Source: Catajapyx aquilonaris (lineage: Eukaryota). Taken from it: a stretch of 34,519 nucleotides of DNA. Every line of letters begins with the position of its first letter. Position 1 is the stretch's first letter. The notes beneath the pieces were generated by a model. It was not told the origin of the DNA. It saw nothing but the letters and a program-made list of their open reading frames with translations, and searched no databases. The stretch is from assembly GCA_000934665.2 (NCBI GenBank), contig JYFJ02004137.1:1-34519 (forward strand), given 5' to 3'. Positions 21,501-33,308 of this stretch are shown piece after piece. The position numbers and the translations under genes are program-made.

Positions 21501-22648
21501 GCAGAGTGCTACAGAAAGAACACAAATACATTGATTATAAATCTTTCTGAAGTACTTTACCCTTGAAGTGCATTTTCCTATGTAGTTCAATATGCTTTAC
21601 CTGCGAATGGAACTTAACCAGGACCATGTACTGATTGGGTGTATTGTCACGTATAACCCGTACATGCTCTATGTCCTCATGGAAAGGAGCCAAGAAGTGA
21701 AGCAGGTCATGACAAGTAAGGGCAGCTGGAACAGCCAGCATGCACAGCATTTCACTGCGAGGGACATCCTTGTCCAGAGGGGTCCTCTCACTGAAAGGAA
21801 AATAATGCTGAAAAGCTGAACTCCAGATTCCATCACACTTGTATTAGCCTTAACACACAGTAATTATTATGTCACGAAGAGAGTGCCCAGAAATATTACA
21901 TAATAACAATAACCTAAATATATAATTGATTTTAATATAAAAATAGCAAGAGTACTCCGATTTAACCTACTTTTCTTTGTACAAGTGAAGGATCCCTTTA
22001 GTGATCTCAACAAAGGGATTCCCCGACACAAATCCTATTTGTTCCTTGTTGCGCACACTTTCTGGTGGGATGGCAGGTGAACCTTCCTTCACTGAGCAGG
22101 CTCCGAATGGAGTCGACTCTTTGCTGGACGAGCTGCTAGAAGGTGGCGAAGACCCTCCCTTGCCCTGTTGAGCCCACCGGCTTCCCTTTCCAGGCTCATC
22201 CTTAGGTTCTGCTTCAGACGGTGGAGTCTCCACCTTGCTCATCAGAGTTTCCACCGTAATATCTCTCATCTCACGCCGACCTCGGTGATTACTCTTCCCT
22301 TGGGTGTCCAGTTTTCCCTTGTCATCACTCGAGTCATCTGGAGTTTGTACAGCTTCTGAATTCATCCTGTCCTTAAATTTTTGCGCTGAAATTGAAAGCA
22401 AACCAACTGAGTCCTGATTAACCCCAATGTGCAGCAATCACAGGCTAAAAAAGGGGACGTCACACTCTGTCAACAGTGCCAATGGAATTCTAGTGATCTA
22501 CTGCAATAAGTGTCATGGCAATGGAATACATGTTACACACAATTGACCTCCTACAGTTGGTGACAGCCTTACATGTGTATGAGAATGAGTGCAGGATCGG
22601 ATATCCTTCCTCGACCTCCACATGTATCACGCAGACGGACACGGACAT
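18502..22648 (-). CDS. BRAP: BRCA1-associated protein (BRAP/IMP): BRAP2 domain, RING-H2, ZnF-UBP, coiled coil; ~606 aa
   Basis: Exons (minus) 22648-22573, 22385-21971, 21790-21601, 21508-21246, 20215-20072, 19707-19275 and 18801-18502. Recognisable BRAP motifs: [121 protein letters not shown]. Confidence 0.97.
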
Positions 22649-22649
22649 T

Positions 22650-23570
22650 TCAGTAGCACCTGGCCAACACCCACACCAGCACACATCGTCGAACCTTCTG
22701 GACCACTCCTCTCTTCAATGCCATCCACTTCTTCTCTCACTCTCCCACGACCAGCTGCCTGGACCTCACTCGCAGCCCGTCACGGTCACCGCATCACCCT
22801 CTTCCAGAACTGACTTTTTAATTATTAAATCCGAGACGCAAAAAGTGGAAAGTATAAAAAAAATGTCACGCTGCTGTGGTATATTTTTTCGCCTCTTTCT
22901 TCCTGGCCAAATGGCGACGTTGCCAGATTGGGTGCGCAAAGAGGGGGAGAATGGGCCGCGTCCGAGTGGATTGGCCGCGTCCGAATGATCCAAGGCTAAT
23001 CGAAAATGGATCGAAATTAAAGCCTCCTCAGCCAGAATTAGCCATCAGGGACAGGAGCGGTGGAGGTGTAGCCGCTACTTGGAGGGTAACGGCTATCTGG
23101 ACATAATATCACTCCAGTTTGCACCCATTTCATGCGTGAGCTAACCTCCGTGGATCTGAAGTGGTGTGGTGAAGCCGGTATACACAACTCTGTCCCGCTG
23201 TACGGCCACGGGTCCGGCTCTAATGATCATTGCCGTCAAGTGGTTATAAGCAGCGGTTGTGAGCCGCTGTGCTTGTTCCGGCCCCCCCCGCCAACACGCT
23301 AGCCATCCATCCATCCCCTCCTTCCTGTCGCTGTCCTTCCTTCCTTCCTCGTCGTCCGTGTCCCTCCGGCCTGGCTGCTTCCTCCTGTGGTCAGCCCAGC
23401 GTCCACTCTGTTGTCCACACGCACACTCGACATGCGCACCGTTTAGCTGGCAGGTACACACGCGGAGGTCCACAAGTCAGCGGTGGGTATGCTTGTGGTG
23501 TATATAGAGGCAAGGTTTGATTGCTGATTTCTGCTCCAGTGTAGGTGCTTCCCTGCTGAGGAGGAGGCAG
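22650..23570. promoter_or_regulatory. Probable bidirectional promoter and 5' UTRs shared by BRAP and TLCD3
   Basis: The head-to-head start codons are 925 bp apart and the interval is CpG-rich. Two GATTGG (CCAAT) boxes lie at ~22926 and ~22969, and a YY1/Pho-like AAATGGCG at ~22909. Confidence 0.6.
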
Positions 23571-23573
23571 CAA

Positions 23574-26349
23574 ATGGATATGGAGGACAAGGCAGGGGCA
23601 GGGAGGGGGGAGGTGGAGGAGGAGGAGGGTGGTGGGCTGACCAGGGCGGAGATGGCCAAGCTCTTCTTCGCAGGGGTGGCCTTCTTCCCTGGGCTCTTCC
23701 TGGCCTGCATGCACATCGGGTTCAGGTCACCCAGGGGAAAGGCCTTCAGGGAGAGGTACCAGCTGCAGACCAGCGACATACTTGACATCTGCAATAAGTG
23801 AGTCAAGTCAAATGTTTTGTTTGCTTGCAGGGTATACTTTTATGGACGCAATAGGGCAGGGTTTCTCAACCGGGGTTCTGCAAGAAATGGTGATAAAATG
23901 CTAATTATATGCAAATGCGTTTTTGAGTCATTGATATGTGATGTACGGTAATTTTTATATAGCGGTTCCCTGAGGCATGAATATGATTTCAAGGGTTCCC
24001 CAAGAGTAGAAGTTCCCCAAGTTGAGAAACCCTGCAATAGGGTATGAGATTCTGGGCAGTACTGCAACTGCTTGAGTGTCTGGGCATAGTTAGCCAATTC
24101 TTTATTCCGATTTTTTAAATGTCGTTTAGCCTTCCGTTATGCATAAGCTTGAAAGTCTGCTATGATGGTATGGCAAATCAGATATTGATACATTTTAAAA
24201 ATCAAATTTTTGTAAGATATCCTTTTCAAGATGGCCCATGCCCCCCCATGGGTTCTTGCCCTGCACACATCATGTGTTACATTTGGTTAGCTCACAGCTG
24301 CATTGGCAAATATATAACTGACATGAATTTCCATTTGCCCTATGACCTTGCTTTTAGGTTTATAGTGGAATCATGCATACCAGTAATGTGTGTAAATTGC
24401 TGCTAAACTAGAAGGTGAGGTGACCAGAGTTAGTGGAAATAAGCATATCTGTACAGGGGCGTTCAGACGAGGCAACTTGGTTGCATACAACCTGAAATAC
24501 ACGGAGAGAATATAGGAACCTGGTTGCAGCCCCCAGTTGCAGAAAAGCTGCAGCATTTTTTGGGTTGCTGCAACTTCCTATTCTCTGCTTGTATTTCAGG
24601 TTGCATGCAACCAAGTTGCATCGTCTGAACGCCCCTTAAGATCTTGACTCTTATGGATGTGGGCTAACACAATACATATGTCAGACATGTCAATTTCTTT
24701 TCCATCATTAGCCAGAATCAGATTGTATGCCACCACCAATGTGGCTTACACCTTTACACACAATGCAGATAGGGCTATTGTCTTGTACATTCCAGGGTTC
24801 CCACCACCACTTCACTCTCTTGTCTATGCTACCCAAAAATAGCACATGACAATGAGTAACATAAGCTGGAACTTACAAAAAAAGCCAGTGTGTGTCTTAC
24901 AGTAATAAACCTTTTTCCAGTGTTGCAGAGCAGAAATGCATGTTACGTAAATGTCAGTCAAGTCACCCTTTAGGGAAGAAAAGAAGAACTTTCGTGACAA
25001 ATGTAATTTGGCAAGTTGGGCTCCTGAAGTCATAAGAAATGATGTACCAAATGTGGCACCAGTTTTTCAATTTGTGTGTTCATAAGTGAATGCCATTAGG
25101 CTTACATAATCTACAGTGATACCAACAATACACTATTGCCTGTAATTTGCCACCTTTTTATCAATTTCATTCAGTTTTCACTATCGTGCTTATTGCTATG
25201 CAGTAGGTATAATTTCTCCTGTCCACAGATACGTTTTATGTTTTTCCTCTTTATTTGCAAGTTTTCATCACAATGCAATAAGAACAAACTCCAAGAAAAA
25301 GGTAATTAAAAGACACTTGAGTCATCTTTCTTGGTCTTGGGGGGTTCAGGAGTTCAGTTACCAGCTAAACATTTTAGAATATATGCTGCTTCTTGCAGTT
25401 GGTTTTGTCCTGGCTGCAGCATACCTGGATCATTTTTAAAACACTTGACAGTTTCATCATATGTCAAATTAAGGAAGCAATATTGGAATAATTGTACAGA
25501 GCAGAAATGCTATATTGCAGATCTAGAGCATTTTTGGCTTTGTGAATGAATTTTTGTATTGGTGCAAACAGGCCTTTCAGTAAATTACTGTACAAATCCC
25601 ATTCTTGCACAAACCGTGCATAATAAATAATGAAAATCTTGGTGAATACCTCCAGGAACTTAATTACGGTACACACCACATTAGTGTTAAGGTGGTTTAA
25701 ATTAGATGTGTAAGGATATTAAGGTGAAAGTGCTTTTTAATATCCGCACATAAAAGTTTGAAGGTAGAACTTGTGAATGGCAACACTGACTTCTTTTCAT
25801 TAGCATATGAAAATGCCGTGACATTTTCAACTGAAAAGAGCCATTTGGATATGGATCATTAGCAGAGAGAAGGTAGCATGGTAAGAATGCAAAGTGCAAC
25901 TAATGCCCTTGCGTCACTATAGATCCATGAATTAGCTAAATGGAACTTTGGCTCCACAAGCATGAAATCGCTTATGACAAAAAATTGATATGCTATCATG
26001 ACAACAATTACATTTATGACAGAATTTTCCCATGAAGGGGTAGCCAGCAATGACCAGGTACGTACACCTGGCAGTCTCACTTGACCAATAAAATAATGAC
26101 TCCTTGGTGATAAGTCAGGTCATGTATAGGATACAGTGGATGTGGTTATGTGTATGTTTACAAATACTGTCGACTATAGATATAACAGACCTCAAGGGAC
26201 CACAGAAATCAGTCTGCTGTAACTGAGGTCTGTTATATCCAAATACACAGGCCATATATGGAAGTACACTGGGACCAGCCTTTTGGGTTGACTACAACCA
26301 AGGGTTGCTTACAGCAGAGGCTCTTATTTTCAGGCAACTGTACAGTGTA

Positions 26350-26421
<72 letters not shown>

Positions 26422-27924
26422 CATCATTGGAATTAGTGCACTGCCCATTGATGGCCATCTGGCACAGTACCTTTATTTGCTTTTAGGTGTACAGCTAATA
26501 CATTTTTGATCCTTTTCCATAACGCCTGGCCACCGCGAGCGATAGGGGATGACAGGAGGGGATGTGCAAAGTGCTAGTGCAATGTTGAACGTGGTGCATT
26601 TTGTGAACTCCCCCGGGTGGATTTGTCGACCAGAGATTCCACCCGAGATGAACCCAGAGATGCCCGCTTAACTCTGCACGAGATGAAGGGGGGAACCCAG
26701 GGCTGGGATCGAACCTGGGAACTTAACATCCGTGGGCGCGTACGTTACCGCAGCGCCACTCCGCCTCCCTAACTGTGCAGTGTAAATGTTCATAGTCAAG
26801 ACACTAGTATTATCTTTAAAGTGTAAACTTATCCGAGCCAAAAGCATGCAATTCTGGTGAGCCTCGAGTAGGAAACTGGCTGAGAAATTTTTTCTACATT
26901 CACTGGTGCAGATATGACGTACACTTTTCTTCCACCCAATTGTTGAACTTGGAAATAAGACGCCCATGATAATTTTTGTTACAATTGATGAGAAGTTTTT
27001 GTGGTTATTTTATTGTACTCTTTATTGCAGAGCTGTATCATCAGTCCAAGCATGTATGGCAAGTAGTGTGGGCGTGCTTGCCATATCCAACTGCCGCCAT
27101 GATCTCATCTATGCCAAAGCCATCATAATAGAGGTGTATGCCTGGTTCGGCTTCTCCTACTTTTTCTATGATACCATCTCAATGTATTACGTGTACAAAT
27201 ATGAGAAAGCAGAGAAGAGGGGGGCAGGAGACACAAAAGTGAAGGAGGGTACTCTGAACCGGTTCCTGTATGACAAAGCATTGATTGTGGTGCATCACCT
27301 TGTTCTCACCCCCATTGGATTTGCCATAGTTGTGGTGAGTGTCACCATATTTATTTCATTGAAATTTTGTAGTGTTGAGCTAACATGCGATGGCTTTCAT
27401 ATAATGTTTTCATTTTTGTCTTCAGATGCGCTACAGGAAAGGTCTAGGTGATTGTCTGGTCGGATTTTTGTACTTAATGGAGGTCAGCACTCCATTTGTG
27501 TCATTGAGAAGCGTCCTGAGCAAGATGAAGGTCTGTTCATTTTAAAATTAGGAAGTCATGCGTGTAACATAAGGTACTGTTTTGATTTCCAGATGAAGTC
27601 TTCCCCACTCTACGTTGTGAATGGTCTAGTCATGATTGTCGCCTTTTTCCTATTCCGCCTAGTGATATTCCTCTACATCGCTGTAGAGTACGCCAGACAA
27701 CAAGCAATATCCATGATTGACGTAAGTCCAGCTAGCTAACATTACCAACTAACATTACGACATTGACATATTACATTCTTTCATTGCAGATGTTGATGAG
27801 TTTATCGCCACTAGTGTACGTCATGTTGTTCTTGTTGATCTTTCCTCAAGTCTACTGGTTTATATTGATGATCAATGGTGCAGTGAAGATTATGATATCC
27901 AGGTCACACAAGAAGGAGGCATAA
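23574..27924 (+). CDS. TLCD3: TLC (TRAM/LAG1/CLN8) domain membrane protein, TLCD3/FAM57-like; ~298 aa
   Basis: Exons 23574-23797, 27031-27334, 27426-27530, 27593-27721 and 27790-27924 splice in frame. Motifs KAVSSVQA, YFFYDTISMY, IVVHH, GLGDCLVG, MEVSTPFVSLR, LYVVNGL, FFLFR and PQVYWF match recalled FAM57A/B. The protein has many hydrophobic segments and a C-terminal KKEA. Confidence 0.9.
23857..24034. mobile_element. hAT-type MITE (178 bp)
   Basis: Perfect 14-bp TIRs CAGGGTTTCTCAAC and GTTGAGAAACCCTG, with a perfect 8-bp TSD CAATAGGG (23849-23856, 24035-24042). Confidence 0.92.
24455..24636. mobile_element. Near-palindromic foldback MITE (182 bp)
   Basis: 47-bp arms match at 45/47 (AGGGGCGTTCAGACGAGGCAACTTGGTTGCATACAACCTGAAATACA), with further pairing inside. 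No clean TSD. Confidence 0.88.
26167..26340. mobile_element. Short MITE copy of the 16253-17556 family
   Basis: GATATAACAGACCTCAAGGGACCACAGAAATCAGTCTG...CACAGGCCATATATG is nearly identical to 16268-16333. It is TA-flanked, with a degenerate right TIR ending CAACTG|TA. Confidence 0.75.
26349..26421. repeat. (AAT)n microsatellite, ~24 units (tail of the family B SINE)
   Basis: Perfect trinucleotide run read directly from the sequence. Confidence 0.97.
26353..26770 (-). mobile_element. tRNA-derived SINE, family B, with (TTA)n tail
   Basis: 17-bp TSD AACTGTRCAGTGTAAAT at 26336-26352 and 26771-26787 (1 mismatch). The minus strand starts GGGAGGCGGAGTGGCGCTGCGG (A-box) and has GGTTCGATCCC (B-box). 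It ends in a long (TTA)n tract. Confidence 0.85.
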
Positions 27925-30148
27925 TTCTTTAGTGCAGATATTTGCATGCCTTAAAAAATACAACGGAAACAAAGGCTTGGAGTTAGTAAGTGCCAGGTCA
28001 ACGCCAGCTATGTCAGTCAGAAACCAAAAAAAAAAAAAGGAGCCGAGAGAGAGAGAAAACAGAAGCAACCATTTTGTGATACGCAAGTATTATTATTCAC
28101 TAGCTTGGTTACCAGTCAGGTTCATGAATTTTCTTATTCTCGACACTTTCGTGCAGGTTAAGGGGAAAAAAAGACTAAGAAAAAAGAAATCATGTTAAGG
28201 GAACTTTAATTGTGTTCACCAGATGGAGCCAGTCACTATAAGCTATCCACTGAAGAAGTAATGTTTTGAAGTTTTTTGCATGCTGTGTGATCATGTTATT
28301 TATTGATTTTTTTACTTGAGCAGATTTTCCATGTCTTACATTCTCTCGAGCAGTGTTTTGTGAAGGTTTTTTGCATGCGGAATTTCTGGATTTCAACTGC
28401 ATTTTTGAGAAGGGAAGAGCATCAATCTCTTTTCCTACAACTATTACCACTTTTCCAGTGCCTTCCAGAGCGTCACTTTCAAACCATTTTTACACTGGTG
28501 TCAAGCCAGCCAGGGAAAGAAAATATTAATGAATTATCAAACCATCGAGAGAGTGTGTGAATGTGTGTTAGTGTGAATGATTGAGCAAGTGTAATTTATT
28601 TCAAAATTGCCTGGTTAAGATTTTTAACAAAGGGTGACAAATGCTCTGAGAACAATGCAGCATTTGATTTGCTAAAGTCATCTTCAATTGCCATCTGCAA
28701 ACTTCTCTTGTCATTAATTTATTTTGTGCTGAAGTTATCAAGTCACAACGAGCTCATTTCATTGTTTGTCTGTCTGTGGTCACAATTTGTGTTATGTACA
28801 GAGTGTTTTTTTTCCGCTCTTTTTTCCGAAGATACGTACTTGATGGAGGTTTGTACATAGACCAAGTTGTTGACCGAATAATTGGCTGTACAGAGGGTGA
28901 ACGTTATTTTTGTACTATTCTTTTTACTCTTGTTGACCATTTTACAAACTTTGGAATGAGCTACACATATCATTGAAATTTTTACCATTCCACTTCCTGT
29001 TATCCCAGTTCTCAGGAGGTCCAAAGGCCAATTTGAGATATTGGGCCTGCCAGGTTCTGGGAAACACATCGGTGTGTTTGGCTTTATGGGTAATAACACT
29101 TTTAACATTCAGTATACCCACCTTTGGTGCAGGGAGAATTAAACGGTTTTGTCAGAGGAGCCTCATGATATCTGAAAATGTGAAGGCAACGGGCTTTTCA
29201 AGGGGGTGCCAACTTGAATGCTTGCAGCAATTTTCAAACCGGAATTTAGTTTGAAGGCAGAGCAATTTTACCGGAGCAGTGCCTTCATTTGAAATTTTCA
29301 GGAACAACCCAGTTAATTTCACTTACACATTTCATTAATCGTATGCAAAGGATTAGCAATTATTTGCAACTGTCCTCTCCTTTCATCCCCAAATAGATGA
29401 TGCAGTTAAAATGAATTCACATATTATAGTATCGATAGTATTAGTTGAGTACAACTCGCTGGAGTTTTAATGCTTGATTTAGCAAAGTTGCAAACACCTT
29501 GTACGAATTAGGTTAGAAACCGCATAGGCTGCATGCAACGGTACATTTTAGCGGAGGTTTAGCACTCTCTGGAATGTCTTGACTGTTTAAGCCTTAGGGC
29601 AAGCGAAAGGCAGAAATAAGCAAGGTGGTCATAAATTTTTATCTCAGGAATAGCCATAGGGTAGTGGTACTTGAATGTGTCTGCTGCCATTTCACGAATC
29701 TTCAACATTTCTCTGTTTTTGTGTGGTTTCTGTGTGTCCCTGAAGGGCCATCTTGTAAGTCTCAAAGTCTCTTTTCAAGTTACGTAATTAATAATTGTAC
29801 CTGTAATTTTATGGTTTGGCCATGAAAATAAAAAAATCTAGTGTGTCCTGTACGTTGTTGAAGTGTTTCCTTTTCACGGACAAGTAATTATCATTACTAT
29901 AGTACACCGTAGTATAGTTGATGGGTATGTTACTAGTTTAAAATTAGGCGGCGGAGGAGGACGCCACCTACAGGCGGAAATAGTAGTTCCACCCGGCTCC
30001 CGCCAGACGTCACCTGCGTCGCAAACAAACAAGCAAGAAACAAACGCAGCCATCATAAGCGTCGTCGAAGGAAAATCGTTCTGAAAAGGCCGAAGCTTGA
30101 TCCTCCGGTCCTTCATCGCAGAATCCGTGTGAATCCCCGAGTAGCGAG

Positions 30149-31895
30149 ATGTCCATCGGAGTGCCGATCAAGGTCCTGCACGAGGCGGAGGGTCATGTGG
30201 TGACCTGCGAGACGAACACGGGGGAGGTGTACAGGGGGAAGCTGGTGGAGGCGGAGGACAACATGAACTGTCAGATGGCCAACATCACGGTGACCTACAG
30301 GGACGGGAGGGTGGCCCAGCTGGAGAATGTCTACATCCGAGGGTCCAAGATCAGGTTCCTCATCCTGCCGGACATGCTGAAGAACGCACCCATGTTCAAA
30401 AAGCAGGGGCAGAAGGGGACTGGGGGAGCCGGAAGGGGGAAGAGCGCCATCCTCAGGGCACAGGGTGAGTTCCGCACTACTGCCACAAGCTTTGCGTTGT
30501 CACTCACCACGTTGTGCACATTTACAAGCAATGTCTGCGTGTACATGATGCGCAGCGTCAGTGTGCCCTTTTACACTGGAGAGTAGACATGTGTGAGGTG
30601 CAGTTGCTACCCACCAGTGTCGAGGCATGAGCACAAGTCAAAATAAACGCCTCTCAAGCACTAGTAGCACGTTTACTTGCATTTTGAAACAGTATGGCCA
30701 AATCATGTGAGCCATCCACAGGGCAAAATGTGCAGTGAAACTGAACGTGAACTGTTGTAGTAGTAACACAAATAAAGAAACTTGAATTATTGACCAGTAA
30801 ATACCTGCCGTGGTTGTTCGACAGCTGGAGTAGCAAACTTTGCACCCCTGGGAGTGTTCTAAACACATTTGTGCAGTAAAAAAAAGGGTCAGGAAGAGGC
30901 ATTTTTGAGTGACTGAAGTGACCTCTCTTGCAACTGTTGCTCAGGTCTGCCATTTTAGCAGCTAAAAATTATGAGGAAGGAGATGAAGTGATGAGTGAGC
31001 CACAATGAAAGAATTGACAGGATTGCAAATTGTGTGCAGCATAGAAAAATCCATTAACCCTAAGTGTGTAATTGACCAATTTCCAGTTGCGTGCCTCTTG
31101 CGGCCAAATTTGGCCTGCCATGAAAATGGCAGCGTTATATGTGCAGAAGCAGGACTTTCCTATCCCTGCTCATGTTAAATGGCCTCTGCTTGCTCGCGTC
31201 TGGGGATCTGGCCCGGGGGCAGATCTTGTTTACATTTTTTTTTGGAGTGAGGAGGTTCCTGGCCTGCCCTCACCAGGTTCCAAAAGTTAATTGGCCCCTG
31301 GAGTAATTTTGTGAATGGTGATCGCGCATTTCTCATTGCTGTCAGGGCTCCGATTGTCCGCGTCTGGTGGTCTAGCCCCGGGGCTGATCTTGGTGAGATT
31401 TTTGTTTTGTTTTGAGGAGGTTCCCGCCCTCAGGTTCCAAAACTTAATTGGCCCCATGGTGGACTGCCCCCGGAGTGATTTCGTGAGTGCGAGTTTCTCA
31501 TTACTATCCTGCCTCTCATTGTCCGCGTCTTATGATTTGGCCCTGGGGCAGATCTTGCTGGTAATTTTTTTTGGAGTGACCAAGTGGCCTAATTTGGTCG
31601 CGAGAGGCGCGCAACTGGAATTTGGTCAATTGACAGGATTGAAAATTGTGTGCAGCCTGGAAATTTAGTGAGAGTTTTGACAATGACATTCAAGGAGATG
31701 GCTTGCCATCTTGCCTACATAATTTTTCCGTGTGACAGGAGAGCTCCTGGGCATTTAAAAATGAAACTAGAAAAACCCTGGCTTCGCTTGCATTTCATTA
31801 TTGACACCATCCGCCTAACATCTGGTCTTTTATTTTCAGCTGCTCGTGGCAGAGGAAGAGGGCGTGGAAGAGCCTGGGGACCTGGTCGACGCTGA
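30149..31895 (+). CDS. SNRPD3: Small nuclear ribonucleoprotein Sm D3 (123 aa)
   Basis: Exon 30149-30464 encodes [43 protein letters not shown]...[22 protein letters not shown]. Exon 31840-31895 encodes the RG tail [18 protein letters not shown]. The phase-1 GT-AG intron keeps the frame. AATAAA at 32325-32330. Confidence 0.98.
31058..31631. mobile_element. TIR element with internal ~165-bp tandem repeats (piggyBac-like left end) in the SmD3 intron
   Basis: The left end is TTAA|CCCT. 46-bp inverted repeats at 31070-31115 and 31586-31631 match at 41/46. About 2.4 diverged copies of a ~165-bp unit lie at ~31196-31580. Confidence 0.75.
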
Positions 31896-32909
31896 GGCAT
31901 TTTCTGTACCTCGTCAGTTTTGGACAAGCACGAGGACCTGTCTCTTTTTGAGGTGTTTAATCCTTTGTGTGTGGGACTGACGTGCAGTCCATGTATTCGG
32001 AATTGAAGTGTTAAGCGTGTGGCATGTGACTGTGGAAAGGACTGAGAACATAGGATAATTTGTATTTGTTTGGAAGTACTGCAAAACGATTTCGAGATGT
32101 TTTCGGCTGCTTGAATTGCATTGGTTTACCTGATATAAAACTGCAAGAAGTAATTTTAATTTTAGTATTATCAAAGTAATTGGATTTTGACATTGAACGA
32201 ATTGAAAATCATGTTTGCTATAGCACAATATTACTTTAATATAATTATGTCGTGTGTTACACAGTTTTTTTTTCAGGTACACCATGGCATTTCTTATACA
32301 TATTGTGATGTATATGTTGCAGGTAATAAATTGCGTACTTTCTATAAAAATTAATCCATCAATCAACCCCTTCTGCAATGCTTATCTTGATTTGGTTTGG
32401 GTAGTCATTATATTCCCTTGTTTGACTGAGAAATGTTAATATCTGCCTGAACTGTCAGTATGTGCACATTGGCTTGTGCATTTCCAGCATCACCAGAAGC
32501 CCTTCCACACATTACAATTCTGGTCGCTTCCTTGGTGGAAAAAGATGGTACGCAGTCTCGTGCCAAACGCAATCATATCTGGAATTACCGTTGCAATCCT
32601 GTCCCATTGGTGCTGGAGAGTGGAGATGCTGGATCGTGCCAGATGTTTACAGCATACAATGTTCGTGATGATTCACATTTAAAAGCTGACTCGTCCATAA
32701 AACAAACCTGCCGTGGGAAAGTTTCATTTCTTCAGCCTCCCAGTTTGTGAAGTCTTGAATGGGATGTTTCCCAACGCCTGGCCCCCAGAAGTCCAGATCT
32801 TACCCCGATGGTCATTTTTGAGAAGATACATGCATGGTGAAAAGATCCTGCATTTCCGTCACCTACTATAACAACCGTGAGTGAAACCAGCGATTCAAAA
32901 GTTGGCTGC

Positions 32910-33030
32910 TTTGCCTGTGGAAACATGGCGGCCGTGGCTGAGAGATGTAGTCGGATGTAGTCATTGGATCACAAGTTCATAATACATCTTAGACCGAAGA
33001 GAGCTGGTCGCCATTGGCGCCAAAAAGCGT
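32910..33030. promoter_or_regulatory. Candidate TBCCD1 promoter motifs
   Basis: CpG-rich. YY1/Pho-type AACATGGCGGC at 32922-32932, ATTGG at ~32963 and ~33013, and an E2F-type GCGCCAAA at 33017-33024. These are motif matches only. Confidence 0.4.
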
Positions 33031-33308
33031 CGGTTTCGTGGTTACGGAATCCAGCGAGTGTTTTTAATCTTTTAAAAATCTGTTTGGAACAGAAGAGGGG
33101 GTGGATCGGAACACTTTGGATCGGAAGGTGGGAGGGCGGGAAGGTGCCACCACGGCGTACTGCTTGTTCTAGCCAAGGTGCTGTCGTCGCCTGCAGCTTC
33201 GGGCAGGCGACGACGACTCATCATCTGCCTAGATAGCCCGTGGTCATCAGCCATCAGCTAGGCTGCAGCAGCCTGCTCCAGTGGGTCGTCGTAGGGCATC
33301 GAGGCGCC

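Noticed and set aside
22515..23806. Multiple overlapping ORFs around the BRAP/TLCD3 promoter
   Set aside because: They are GC-rich shadow frames of real exons and UTRs with no recognisable products.
26233..26448. Poly-Ile ORF
   Set aside because: It is a translation of the (AAT)n microsatellite.
29430..29437. DRE motif TATCGATA upstream of SmD3
   Set aside because: A single 8-mer ~710 bp from the ATG, possibly within the TLCD3 3' UTR. Too weak alone.
31196..31580. CRISPR-like repeat array
   Set aside because: The context is eukaryotic, and the units are diverged ~165-bp tandem repeats without unique spacers.
32732..32926. VVIVGDGNAG resembling a small-GTPase P-loop or Rossmann motif
   Set aside because: There is no GK[S/T] and no downstream G-box motifs, so it is likely chance.
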